Below are positions 21,762-32,868 of a DNA stretch of 64,000 nucleotides, piece after piece. The stretch comes from Vulcanimicrobiota bacterium. Lineage in GTDB: Bacteria > Vulcanimicrobiota > Xenobia > Xenobiales > JADMJV01. The position numbers and the translations under genes were made by a program. The notes beneath the pieces are model-generated. The model saw only the letters and a list, made by a program, of their open reading frames with translations. It searched no databases and was not told where the DNA came from. The stretch is from assembly GCA_050250895.1 (NCBI GenBank), contig JBFWNU010000009.1, positions 102,488 to 166,487 on the forward strand. The letters are read 5' to 3'. Every line of letters starts with the position of its first letter. The stretch's first letter is position 1.

Positions 21762-23168
21762 CTAGAAACGAAGGCGGACGGGCCCCGACCGCTTTTCTTG
21801 AGCCAGCACGCGCTGACGCACCGTGGCCGCCTGGCCGGGTTCGGGAGTGGGCTCTTCCATGAAGATCAGCCGCAGCGAACGCAGTTCAGAAGAGCCATCC
21901 CAGTGGCGGGCTCGATAGTCGAGATAGGCGACGCCCAGCTCGGGAAAGTCGTCCTGGGCGAGATTCTGCAGCCAGCGCCGCCAGCGTTGATTGGGAAACT
22001 GCCCGGCCATGTTGGCCGGCTTGGACAGGTCGAGCGGCCTGGGTGTTCGGGTGAGGTCCCATGCTTGCCCGTTGGCGTCGACCGCCTCGACCACGAACCA
22101 ACCGTCTTCGCGAAAGGGCTCGGGCCCAAACAAGCGCCAGACCTGCTGCTCGCAGGTTAGCAGACCGAACCAGCGCATCACGGTCGGGGCGCGGCTGTGA
22201 CTGGGGTCGAGCATCCACAGATTGATGGCCACCAGATAGGCGCAAGTCAGCGCCAGGAAGGCCTGCAGACCAACCGGAGGGTTAGGGTAGTCTTGCTCTG
22301 GCTCGAGCGGCTCGGGCCACCAGTTCGAGGGGATGAGCGCCAGCAGCGAGACCAGGGCGATAGGCATGAAAAGCCCCAGGTGCAAGGTGGCGGCGATGCC
22401 CAGGTGAAAACACAGCGCCAGGCCCAGAAAGATGGTGCGCCAAGTCTTGACCCAGAACGGCAGCAGCAAGAGGACCGGCAAGGTGAACTCCAGAGCCAGG
22501 ACGGCGAAGGTCAGGGCTTTGAGCACGCCCGGATAGCCTAGCAGCCACAGTCCGAACCGAGTAGTGAACTGCTCGATGCTTAGCGTATAGTAGAGGGCTT
22601 CGCCGGTCTTGCGCCAGACATCGCCAGACTTGTTCAAGGCTGCAAAGAGATAGAGCAAGATGACCTGCAACACATAGCCAAAGCTGGCCCATCCCAGGTA
22701 GAGACCGCGCCGGGGTGGTTGGGGTTCCGTCGAAAAGCGGGCTTCGACCGGCAAGAACATGGTCCAAAAAAGCATCACCCGCAACAGCTCGTCGCCTCCG
22801 TCGAGCACCAGCGGGTTGCGCAACTGCAACGAGCAAACCATGAACCAGGTGGCCAGACCCGCCCAACGGGGGTGATAGCCCAGGGCCAGAGCGGTGGCCG
22901 CGGCCGCTGTCAGGGCAAAGAGGATGGCCTGCCCCAGTGCACTGCCGGCGGCCAGAAACAGGTTATAGCGAGGGACGGCCCAGGGTTGAGCCAACAGCAG
23001 CGCTCGAGGCAGCACCCCGGCATCGGTGTAGAAAACCGTCAGGTCGCGCAGGCGAAGGATCACGTCCAGGCACACCATAAAACCCAGCCCTGCCCGCCAC
23101 ACAGCGATCGAGCGCGGGTCGAGAGCGAAAGGGTTGGGCCCGCGGTCTGGTCTAGCCTCGCGCGCCAA
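21762..23168 (-). CDS. HTTM-domain membrane protein (vitamin K-dependent carboxylase/SdpB-like)
   Basis: LDPRS.A..R.GLG, FYTD.GVLPR, RNPLV..GGD, YLFAALNK...W, Q.W.LF.P, RWRRW; TTG start inferred. Confidence 0.82.
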   Translation of the reverse strand: MAREARPDRGPNPFALDPRSIAVWRAGLGFMVCLDVILRLRDLTVFYTDAGVLPRALLLAQPWAVPRYNLFLAAGSALGQAILFALTAAAATALALGYHPRWAGLATWFMVCSLQLRNPLVLDGGDELLRVMLFWTMFLPVEARFSTEPQPPRRGLYLGWASFGYVLQVILLYLFAALNKSGDVWRKTGEALYYTLSIEQFTTRFGLWLLGYPGVLKALTFAVLALEFTLPVLLLLPFWVKTWRTIFLGLALCFHLGIAATLHLGLFMPIALVSLLALIPSNWWPEPLEPEQDYPNPPVGLQAFLALTCAYLVAINLWMLDPSHSRAPTVMRWFGLLTCEQQVWRLFGPEPFREDGWFVVEAVDANGQAWDLTRTPRPLDLSKPANMAGQFPNQRWRRWLQNLAQDDFPELGVAYLDYRARHWDGSSELRSLRLIFMEEPTPEPGQAATVRQRVLAQEKRSGPVRLRF

Positions 23169-23838
23169 CTCTTGACCGCAACAGCAGATAGTAGCCGGTG
23201 GGTCCGGTGTCATTGGGGTTCCCCACCTCGAGGGCGACATCGAAAGCCCTTTTAGCCGTCGTGGCGGTACTGGTGCCGGGCAGGATCCCCGCAGTCGGAT
23301 CATAATCTGAAATGGTCAGCGACTCGACGTCGCTAGCCACGATCCGGGCGTCGAGTCCGGCCGTCGAGGCAAAGTAATTGGTGTCGCGGCTGCCCATGGC
23401 ACTGGCCACCGTGGTCGGACTGCTGTCACCGTTCACGCTTCCTCCCCCGCCCGGCAGCAGAGTCGAGCCGGGAACCGCCTCTTCCTTGCGATACACCTTG
23501 CGCTCAGTCGCGTCATAATAGTAGCAGATGAAGCGCTTCCAGATGATGCGCGAGTCGGCGCCGTAATGAATCTTGCCGTCCTGGCCCACCGGTGAGGCAA
23601 AGACCAGACCGGGATAAGGGGCCGCGTAGCTTTCGATCAAGTCTTCGCGGGCGCTGACCGCTTCCAGGGTCATCTTGTTGAGAAAAATCAAGGCCGAATT
23701 CTGGGCGTCGACGGCCCGCTGATTGGTGCGGAAGTACTGGGCTCCCTCGCGAAAGATCTGATAAGCTCCGTAGACCACGATGGACATCACGAAAGAGGCC
23801 ACCATGACCTCAAGCAGAGAGATACCTCGACGTTTCAT
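23152..23838 (-). CDS. Minor pilin, PilW-like
   Basis: MKRRG|ISLLEVMV class III signal peptide. Confidence 0.8.
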   Translation of the reverse strand: MKRRGISLLEVMVASFVMSIVVYGAYQIFREGAQYFRTNQRAVDAQNSALIFLNKMTLEAVSAREDLIESYAAPYPGLVFASPVGQDGKIHYGADSRIIWKRFICYYYDATERKVYRKEEAVPGSTLLPGGGGSVNGDSSPTTVASAMGSRDTNYFASTAGLDARIVASDVESLTISDYDPTAGILPGTSTATTAKRAFDVALEVGNPNDTGPTGYYLLLRSRVGARG

Positions 23839-24287
23839 CGCTGGGCTCCCCGATAGATCCAGGTGGCATAGGTGACCTGATTGTTGTTGCCCCCACCAAC
23901 GTCGCTGCCTCGCTCGCTGTGCCACGAGACCGTTACGGTCAGCTTGGAGAGCTGTTGTGAAAGGTCGGGTATGATCTGGGGGGAGCCGTTGTTTTCGAGG
24001 GTCTCCCATTCGAACTCGAAGGTGGTCTGCCCCGAGCGAGACCGGATCCTTCGGTCGAGTTGGATCGAACCCGTTCCGTTGGGATTGGCCACCAGCCAGT
24101 CATACCCGTTGGCAATACAACCTTCAGCCACGCTGCGGGCCACGTGATTGGCGGCCAGCCGGGTGGCCGACTTGGTGAGAGCCGAGTCGTAAAGAGCCCA
24201 AATCGTGGTCAGGAAGATGGCGACCACCACGAAGATCGAGGCTGCCACGATAGCCTCCAGCAGGCTGTGTCCACGAACTCTGGACAT
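23835..24287 (-). CDS. Minor pilin, PilV-like
   Basis: RG|HSLLEAIVA class III signal peptide; C-terminal KLTVTVSW strand. Confidence 0.78.
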   Translation of the reverse strand: MSRVRGHSLLEAIVAASIFVVVAIFLTTIWALYDSALTKSATRLAANHVARSVAEGCIANGYDWLVANPNGTGSIQLDRRIRSRSGQTTFEFEWETLENNGSPQIIPDLSQQLSKLTVTVSWHSERGSDVGGGNNNQVTYATWIYRGAQR

Positions 24288-24289
24288 GC

Positions 24290-25741
24290 TCAAACGCTGG
24301 CGTTGACTTTCATACTCCCGCCGCCGCAGCCGCAGCCACCCGTGCCGCCGGTCCCGCTCGTGCCCCCGGAAGTTCCCCCCGAGGTGCCGCCTGAGGTGCC
24401 CGAGGTTCCCCCTGAGGTGCCCGAGGTCCCTCCCGACGTGCCCGAGGTCCCTCCCGACGTGCCCGACGTGCCCGATGTGCCCGATGTGCCGCCGGTGGCG
24501 GTGATGGGAGCTAGCAGGGTGGGTAGCGGCACCGACTCGCCAGCAGCCGCCGTCATGCCGATCAAGACCAGATCATAGATCGTCCCGAAGCGAGCCGGAT
24601 CGGCCAGCGTCCGGTCATAGTGCAGGGTCCCATCCAGGTTGACCGTGTCGGCCATCACTGCCCCAAAAACCTCGGAACCGGCCGCGACGTCAATGGTGAA
24701 CCCACCGTTGCCGGCGGCCACGAAAAAGCCACGAGTGGCGGTCACCGTCATGGATTTGGTCGGGTCTAGCCCAAAGAACTTCAGGCGCTCGGGCTTCTGT
24801 TCCGGAGTGAGAGCCGGGTTGCCGTTGAGATTGATATTGCCGGTAGCCATGACGATGGCGTTGCCGATACCCGTAACGTTGATGGTGACTCCCGAGAGAG
24901 TAAGGTCTCCCGAGTAGAGATAGACGGTGCCGCCGCTGAGGTTGATGGTGGAGGTGATGGGGGGGAAGCTGACCGCCCAGGTGGGAGGAGCGATGTTCGG
25001 AACTTCCTTGGCCTTAGCCATCGAGTCCAAAGACCCGGCGATGCCCGCCTGGGGAGCCGCGTGTGGGGCAGCCATGGCCCCGCCCATGGCGCCCACGCCC
25101 AACAGACCATCACCCGCCACCGGACCCGAGGCGGCTAGATCGCCAGAGGTGGTGGAATTGGTGGCCACCGGCGCCAGGGGCGGCGAAACCCCGGGCACTG
25201 GCGGAGACACGTCGGAATCGTACCAGTCGACCACTCCCCCGGCCCCCACCGTCACGTTGGAGTTGCCGAAAATGGCGTAGTCGAGAATCGGAAAACCGGG
25301 AGCGACCGAAGCTCCCATCGACGACGAAGAAGCCTCGACGGCTTCCCCGACCTGACCCACCGAGACGATATAGAAATGGTTCTCGGGAATGGGAGTGCCG
25401 TCGTCGGCCACGGCCGTTTGCCCGGCCAGACCGGCGATGTTGTGATAGATCCTGGCGTTGGCCGTAACCCCATTGCGCAGGTCGGCGACGATGCTGGGAT
25501 CGATGGCTAACCAATCGACCGGAAAGGAGGCGGGACGTTCGCGTAGCGCCGCCAGCGCAATGTTGATGCCCGAAAAGGCTGCGTAATGAGCCTGATCGAC
25601 CTGGCTCTCGCGGGTTACGCGTCGCAGGCTGGCGGCGGCGTCAGCACCGATAATCCCTGTGAAGGTGGCCAGGATTGCAGCCACCCCGAGAACCACGACG
25701 ATACCGTACCCCCTGAGTTTTTTTCGGAGAAACGTTGCCAT
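24290..25741 (-). CDS. Large PilX-like pilin with a Gly/Thr/Ser repeat tail ending GCGC
   Basis: RG|YGIVVVL without E5 (PilX-type), QAHYAAFSGI; C-terminal (G)GTS repeats. Confidence 0.72.
   Translation of the reverse strand: MATFLRKKLRGYGIVVVLGVAAILATFTGIIGADAAASLRRVTRESQVDQAHYAAFSGINIALAALRERPASFPVDWLAIDPSIVADLRNGVTANARIYHNIAGLAGQTAVADDGTPIPENHFYIVSVGQVGEAVEASSSSMGASVAPGFPILDYAIFGNSNVTVGAGGVVDWYDSDVSPPVPGVSPPLAPVATNSTTSGDLAASGPVAGDGLLGVGAMGGAMAAPHAAPQAGIAGSLDSMAKAKEVPNIAPPTWAVSFPPITSTINLSGGTVYLYSGDLTLSGVTINVTGIGNAIVMATGNINLNGNPALTPEQKPERLKFFGLDPTKSMTVTATRGFFVAAGNGGFTIDVAAGSEVFGAVMADTVNLDGTLHYDRTLADPARFGTIYDLVLIGMTAAAGESVPLPTLLAPITATGGTSGTSGTSGTSGGTSGTSGGTSGTSGGTSGTSGGTSGGTSGGTSGTGGTGGCGCGGGSMKVNASV
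24319..24499 (-). repeat. Coding tandem repeat (9/12-bp units encoding GTS/GGTS)
   Basis: Repeated gtgcccga / gaggtgcc units on the plus strand. Confidence 0.8.
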
Positions 25742-25758
25742 GTGGCCACCTCGCCTTA

Positions 25759-27180
25759 CTATTCTTCTCTGTCGGGGGCTCGACTCCTGTCAGACGGCTC
25801 AACCGAGCCGCGCCAGAGCGTTCGCGACTGCAAACTGCCGTCGGGCTGGCGAAATTCAAAGCGCAGCGTCACCTCTCGCACGATTTGGTGGGGATGCGCC
25901 CGTCGGTAGCGCTCTACCTGGTAGTGCACGTAATTCGCCACAAATGGTTCTCCCACGGGGAAGAGGAGAGTGATGGAGAACATCCGCCAGCGATGGTCGG
26001 GAAATAAATTATGCTGACGATCATAAGTAACCGGTCGGTCGCGCAGCAGGTCGATTCCCTCGGGCACCGCCTCGAGCACGAACCAACCGTCATAGGGCGG
26101 CAGAGGCCCGAAAAGGTCCCAGTGTTGCTCGAGCCGTAACAGGCTCCCGAAGGTCTTCAGCGGCTCGGGGATGCGTCGCGAGTCGAGCTCAGGAAACATC
26201 AGCAGGTTGCAAACCAGGGTGTAGGCCACGCACACCGCCAAAAAGACCTTCTGGGCCCACCCCAGCGAAGGCAACGAGCGGGGCGAGGCGGGGCCAAACC
26301 GTCTCTCCAGATGCGAACTCAAGAACACTCCCGACCGCGACTGCCAGAACGAGGGTGGCAACAGTCCTAGAACGGCGATCAGGGCGATGATCGGAAAGAT
26401 GCCCAGGTGGAACAGCAGCCCGATGAGGAGGTGGAAGACCACCAGCGCTGCCACCGTGAGGTTGCGAGTCTCTTCGATAAAAGCCGGGCTCAACAGCAGA
26501 AAGCCCACCATGATCTCGCCGAAGACAAGCACGTAATTGAGAGGGTGCAACAGTTCGGGATAGGCCGAAAGAGCCTGGCCCAGCCCGGTGGCAAACAGAG
26601 CGCTGCGTAGCGACAACCATAGCCCCTGGCCATTCTCTGACCAGGCCTGACCGTGCTTGAGCAACCCCGCGAAGAAATAGACCTGAGCCAACTGGAGGGT
26701 GAAAGCCACCGTGGCCACATTGCGAACCACGTTGGACTGCTCTGGCGGCGCGGGGCTCTGCGACCAGCGGCCGTCAAGCGGCAAGAAGAAGCCCCAGAAG
26801 AGAACCAGGATCAGTTCCAGGTCGCCGCGGTCGGCCACCAGAGGATTTCGCTCACAAAGCGAGTTCACCAGCAGCCACAGAGCCGCCACCATCCAGCGCG
26901 TCTGCCACCCTCGGATCAACTGCCAGGCACAGGCGGCCGTCAGCAAAAAAAGCACAGCCGCCGTAGGCCAGCCCCCTCCCCCGAAGTAGAGGCTAAACCA
27001 CAGATCGGGAAGGTCCGAGGTTAGCAGGTCGCGCCGCGAGAGCACGCCCTGGTCGGTATAGAACACTACCAGATTTCGCGCCCGCAAGCTCAAATCGAGA
27101 AGGATGACCAAGCCCAGGCCGATGCGCATCAAGGCCAGCGAACGCAGGTCGAGGTGAAGATAGGGTTTTTCTTCGGTCAT
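25759..27180 (-). CDS. HTTM-domain membrane protein (paralog of 21762-23168)
   Basis: LDLRSLAL.RIGLG, FYTDQGVLSR, RNPLVADRGD, YFFAGLLK...W, QHWDLFGP, HRWR. Confidence 0.85.
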   Translation of the reverse strand: MTEEKPYLHLDLRSLALMRIGLGLVILLDLSLRARNLVVFYTDQGVLSRRDLLTSDLPDLWFSLYFGGGGWPTAAVLFLLTAACAWQLIRGWQTRWMVAALWLLVNSLCERNPLVADRGDLELILVLFWGFFLPLDGRWSQSPAPPEQSNVVRNVATVAFTLQLAQVYFFAGLLKHGQAWSENGQGLWLSLRSALFATGLGQALSAYPELLHPLNYVLVFGEIMVGFLLLSPAFIEETRNLTVAALVVFHLLIGLLFHLGIFPIIALIAVLGLLPPSFWQSRSGVFLSSHLERRFGPASPRSLPSLGWAQKVFLAVCVAYTLVCNLLMFPELDSRRIPEPLKTFGSLLRLEQHWDLFGPLPPYDGWFVLEAVPEGIDLLRDRPVTYDRQHNLFPDHRWRMFSITLLFPVGEPFVANYVHYQVERYRRAHPHQIVREVTLRFEFRQPDGSLQSRTLWRGSVEPSDRSRAPDREE

Positions 27181-27267
27181 AGGGGCAAAGCAAGATTTCG
27201 TGGAGCCCTCTCTCGCCCCTGTCGGGGTCGCACAGGACCAGCGAACACAGCTTGAGAACAGTCGATT

Positions 27268-27759
27268 ATGCGAAAGAGACTGGCCCTACTTGGATTGCTG
27301 TTGCTGCTGGGTGCTTCCAGCCGCCCGGTCGCTTACGAGGACCTGACCATCGCCGGTTTGCGGCCGGGTCACAAGCGGGCGAAAGCCGAGCAGACCACGC
27401 GCGGTTGGGGCAAGCCCACCCGCAGCGCCGGCCCGCTACGGGCCTGGGGCGATAAGCCCAACGACAAAGGCTATACGGCCTCGGGCGACACCTACAAGGT
27501 ATGGTCGGTGTGGGGCCCAGAACTTGACAAGAAGGGCAAGCCGTTCCTCAAGGCGGGGGCCAGCGAGGCGAAGGTCAAGAAGGCCCTGGGAGAACCCTCC
27601 AAAACGGTCGACGAGACCGACTACCGAGTGTTGGAATTCTGGTTTTATGACGATGGTCAGGTCTTGAAGGTCACCTTCGTGGACGGACGCGGCGCGGTGA
27701 AGTACGCCCTCACCGATCATGGCCTGCTGGGGCCGGGCCGAGTGCCACCCAAGGACTGA
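27268..27759 (+). CDS. Hypothetical exported protein
   Basis: Signal peptide MRKRLALLGLLLLLGASS; V...LGEPS motif. Confidence 0.7.
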   Translation: MRKRLALLGLLLLLGASSRPVAYEDLTIAGLRPGHKRAKAEQTTRGWGKPTRSAGPLRAWGDKPNDKGYTASGDTYKVWSVWGPELDKKGKPFLKAGASEAKVKKALGEPSKTVDETDYRVLEFWFYDDGQVLKVTFVDGRGAVKYALTDHGLLGPGRVPPKD

Positions 27760-28022
27760 GGGGGTGGTGCATCTCGAAGGTAACGGTGGGCGCGGCGACC
27801 TGAAATCGAGGTAAAAATCCGCCACGTCCTCGACCCGATGGCATCGCTGAAGCTCTGGTCGGCCCGACCAGACCCTGGCCTTGCGAGCAGCCCAAAACCA
27901 GCAGGCACGAACCAGCGGCGCAGGCAGCCTCTGACGAGCCTAGCTCAAGCCGAAAGAAACCGATATGACCGCGATCAGCCAAACCGCAGGGTGGCGCGCA
28001 CCAGTGAGGGAATGGAACATCT

Positions 28023-28838
28023 ATGGGATTGCCCGCGCTTGAGTATCCCCGCCTGGCGGCCACCGCCCGCCAACACGCCCTGGAATTCGTCGCGGTCTTC
28101 GGCTCCTCGACGAACGCAACTTGCCGCCCGCCGGCCGATTTCGACCTGGCGGTGATGCCGCTGCCAGGCCACTCGCTCGATCGAATCGAGCTCTTTCGGG
28201 ACCTGTCAGACCAACTAGAACGCAGCGACATCGATCTGGTCTGCCTGCCAGGAGCCGACTGGCCGGTGTGTGCTCAGATTGCCCGCACCGGAGCGCCCCT
28301 CTACGAGCACCGTCCCGGTGCCTTCCGAGATTTCGTGCTGGCCAGCTACTGGCGCACGGTCGATAGCGGCATCTGGCGCAGGCGCAAGCGCGAGTATTTA
28401 AAACGATTCCTGGAACGGAGGCTCAGGATGGAGCGAGATCTGATGGTGGAGCGCCTCCTTCGGATGTCTCAGTATCTGGCCGAATTAGAGCTGGTTCTGG
28501 AGCAAGAAGAGAGTGCCTTTCACACAAACCCGCTGCTGCATCGCACCGCCGAGCGGGACATCGAACTGCTGGTAGAGTGCGCCGCCCGCATCAACACCGA
28601 GATCGGCGAGTCGAAAGGCATACCCCCCTCCGACTATTACAGTTCCTTCTTTGCCTTGAAAGGTCTACTCGGAGACGCGAAACTGCGTCGCCTGGCCGAT
28701 AGCGCTCGCCTTCGTGATCTGCTGGTGCATCAGTACGAAAAGGTCGACCTGAAGGAGGTTTACGCCACCGTCCGAGAGACGCTTCCTCTCTGGCGCGACT
28801 ACATCGACAAAATCCAAGAATTCCTCGACACCCCTTGA
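28023..28838 (+). CDS. Fused MNT nucleotidyltransferase - HEPN/DUF86 RNase (MntA-HepT-type toxin-antitoxin in one ORF)
   Basis: GS-x10-DFD in the N-terminal half; R-DLLV-H-Q-Y in the C-terminal half. Confidence 0.8.
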   Translation: MGLPALEYPRLAATARQHALEFVAVFGSSTNATCRPPADFDLAVMPLPGHSLDRIELFRDLSDQLERSDIDLVCLPGADWPVCAQIARTGAPLYEHRPGAFRDFVLASYWRTVDSGIWRRRKREYLKRFLERRLRMERDLMVERLLRMSQYLAELELVLEQEESAFHTNPLLHRTAERDIELLVECAARINTEIGESKGIPPSDYYSSFFALKGLLGDAKLRRLADSARLRDLLVHQYEKVDLKEVYATVRETLPLWRDYIDKIQEFLDTP

Positions 28839-28919
28839 GCGCAAATCTTCGCCATCTGCTCCTATTTCTGGCTGTCCCTTCACGAGAGCGCTCTCGTGGC
28901 GCGTTGGTGCCTATTCAGG

Positions 28920-29420
28920 AACCGCCGAGGTCGCAAAGGCGCCGAGGGGGTGGTGCATCTCGAAGGGTCGCTCTTGGGGAAAACCGCGGGGTTCCGCGGG
29001 GGGCGCGGAGGTGTAGACTTGCGGCGCGGGCCTTGCCACGGCGCGCGCACAACCCCGCGCCCAGGCAAAGCCTGTCAAGCCCCACCAGCCCAGGCCAGGC
29101 CAGCCTCACTTGCAGTACCTGACCGACAGGAGAAAAGGAGAACACGGAGATATTTTATGAACGAGCGGCGTCACGGTAGCGCCACGCTGGCCGTGGGCGT
29201 AGGCTGGAGTCTTGACGCGAGGGTAGGCGCAAACTGGTGTTTTTCACGCGGAGTTCAGCGAAGGACGCAAAGGTCGCGGAGGGGCCAGGACGCTCACCCC
29301 ACGCCCCTCACAACCCTCTCCGCGCCCTCCTGATCTCCGCGGTTTATTTCTCAGGCACACCGACCTGTGCTTCGACCACGCGCCGCGCCGCAACGCCCAC
29401 TCCTCCGCGCCTCCCCCGAG
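28920..29420. repeat. Copies of the dispersed repeat family also found at 14207-15053
   Basis: 28921-28966 is the reverse complement of 14812-14858 / 14936-14981 with few mismatches; 29391-29409 equals 14884-14902; ~29316-29345 resembles the reverse complement of ~14208-14245. Confidence 0.8.
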
Positions 29421-29428
29421 CGCGCACG

Positions 29429-30969
<1,541 letters not shown>

Positions 30970-30973
<4 letters not shown>

Positions 30974-32868
30974 ACCGGCTCCAGGCGCAGACAGGCGCCG
31001 GCCTGGTGGATGGACCAGCCCGGCGGCACGAAGGTGGTGGTGTCATACTGCAGGAGCACGGCGGGTCCGGCCTCTGGTTGGGCGAACAAGCCGCGCTCGA
31101 AAAGTCGGCACTCGAGTTCTTGCCCGTGGTGCCACACGGTCTGGCTGCCGACCAGCCGAGCGGGGTGGGCGGGTGGCTCGAAGGTCGGCACCGGGCGGGG
31201 CTGGCTGGCTCGCACCCGCAGGGTGACTCGCTCCACCGGAGTCTGGGCCCGGTGATAACCGTAGCGTTGTTGGTGGGCCTGGTGAAAGCGCTCTTCGAGC
31301 TGGTCGCCCAGAGCCAGGGTGAGTTCTGAGCCCTGACCGCGATAGCGCAGGTCGACCATACTCTCGAGTTCGACCTGGCCCATCTGGGCGAGGGCCTCGG
31401 CCCGCAGTTCGGCCTCCACTGGCTCGAGGTCGGCTCCCAGCACCGTGCGCGAGAACTCGCGCAGCCACGGGGCCACGGCCGCCCCCAGGGCCGACAGTAC
31501 CCCCGGCGAGGGGGCCAACAAGACGGTCTTGACCCCCAGGCGCTCGGCCAGCTCGCAAGCCTGCAAGGGCCCCGCCCCACCGAACGGCACCAGGGTGAAC
31601 TGGCGAGGGTCAAAGCCACGCTCGATGGAGATTACCCGCAGAGCCCGCTCCATGTGAGTGGCGGCCACGCGCAACACCCCGGCGGCCGCCTCTTCGGGCG
31701 AACAGCCGAGGGGTTCGGCTAACTGGGCCAAGGCCTGGCGAGCCCGACCCCGGTCAAGCTTCACCCCGCCGGCCAGCTCGATGGGCAGACGACCCAGCAC
31801 CAGGTGGGCGTCGGTAACGGTGGGACGGTGGCCTTTGCCGTAAGCAGCCGGACCGGGGTCCGAGCCAGCCGATTCGGGCCCGACCTGGAGGGCGCCACCG
31901 GCATCCAACCAGGCGATGGAGCCGCCGCCGGCACCCACCGTATGGATGTCGATCATGGGTTGGCGCACGGGCACATCCTCGAGGCTCGACTGGGTGACGG
32001 TAGCCACCCGTCCGGGGCACAGCGAAACGTCGGTCGAGGTGCCTCCCATGTCGAGGGTGAGCAACTGAGTGTAGCCGCAGGCCGAGGCCACCGTGAAGGC
32101 GCCCCGCACTCCGGCCGCCGGGCCCGAGAGTACGACGGCGTTGGGGGAATGGCTGGCTTCGGCGGCGGTCATCACCGCCCCGGCCGAGTGCACCACCCAG
32201 AAACGGCGGCTCCCGCGCCCGGCCAGTTGCTCTTCGAGGCGGCCCAGATAGCCGGCCAGCAAAGGCTGCAGGTAGGCGGCCAGGGCGGTGGTCGAAGCGC
32301 GCTCGTATTCGCGATACTCGGGCGAGATATCGCTCGAGAGTAGCGCCGTCAGGCCGCGGCGACGCAGGGCCTGGCCCACCATCTGCTCGTGCTCGGGATA
32401 GCCAAAGGAAAACAGCAGACAAACAGCCACCGCCTCGACCCCCAGCTCGCTCAGGCGGTCGGCCACGGCCTCGACCTCGGCCGGTTGCAGGGCGCGCAAG
32501 ACCTGGCCTTGAGAGTCGACCCGTTCGTCGAGTTCGAGACAGACTTCGGGCAACGGTGGGCGGCGGCGGGGATGGATCGCGTAAAGCTCGGGCCGGGTGC
32601 CGCGCCCGAGCACCAACAGGTCGGCAAAGCCCCGGGTGGTGACCAGGGCGGTGCGCGCCCCCTTGCGCTCGAGCAAAGCGTTCGTGCCCACGGTGGTGCC
32701 GTGGGCCATCTCGAACTCGTGGGCCAGCCGCAGTTGGTCGACGGCGGCCAGCACTCCCCGCCCCGGATCGGGGCGGGTGGTGGGCACCTTGAGCACCTTC
32801 AGCCGACCGGCTTGATTGACCACCACGTCGGTGAAGGTGCCGCCGGTGTCACAGCCGAGAACGGTCAA
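30970..32868 (-). CDS. Hydantoinase A / 5-oxoprolinase ATP-binding subunit
   Basis: DTGGTFTD, HGTTVGTNA, SGPAAG, DMGGTSTD, GAGGGS; TTG start overlapping the upstream stop. Confidence 0.94.

Noticed and set aside
23169-23303. Cys-rich (CCC) N-terminal extension of the HTTM protein
   Set aside because: It lies inside the pilW-like gene in another frame; the paralog begins just before LDxRS.
27758-28966. Integron cassette (attC sites) around the TA gene
   Set aside because: No RYYYAAC...GTTRRRY ends recognised and no integrase in the window.
28896-29333. 145-aa ORF downstream of the TA gene
   Set aside because: It runs through dispersed-repeat copies and has low-complexity composition.
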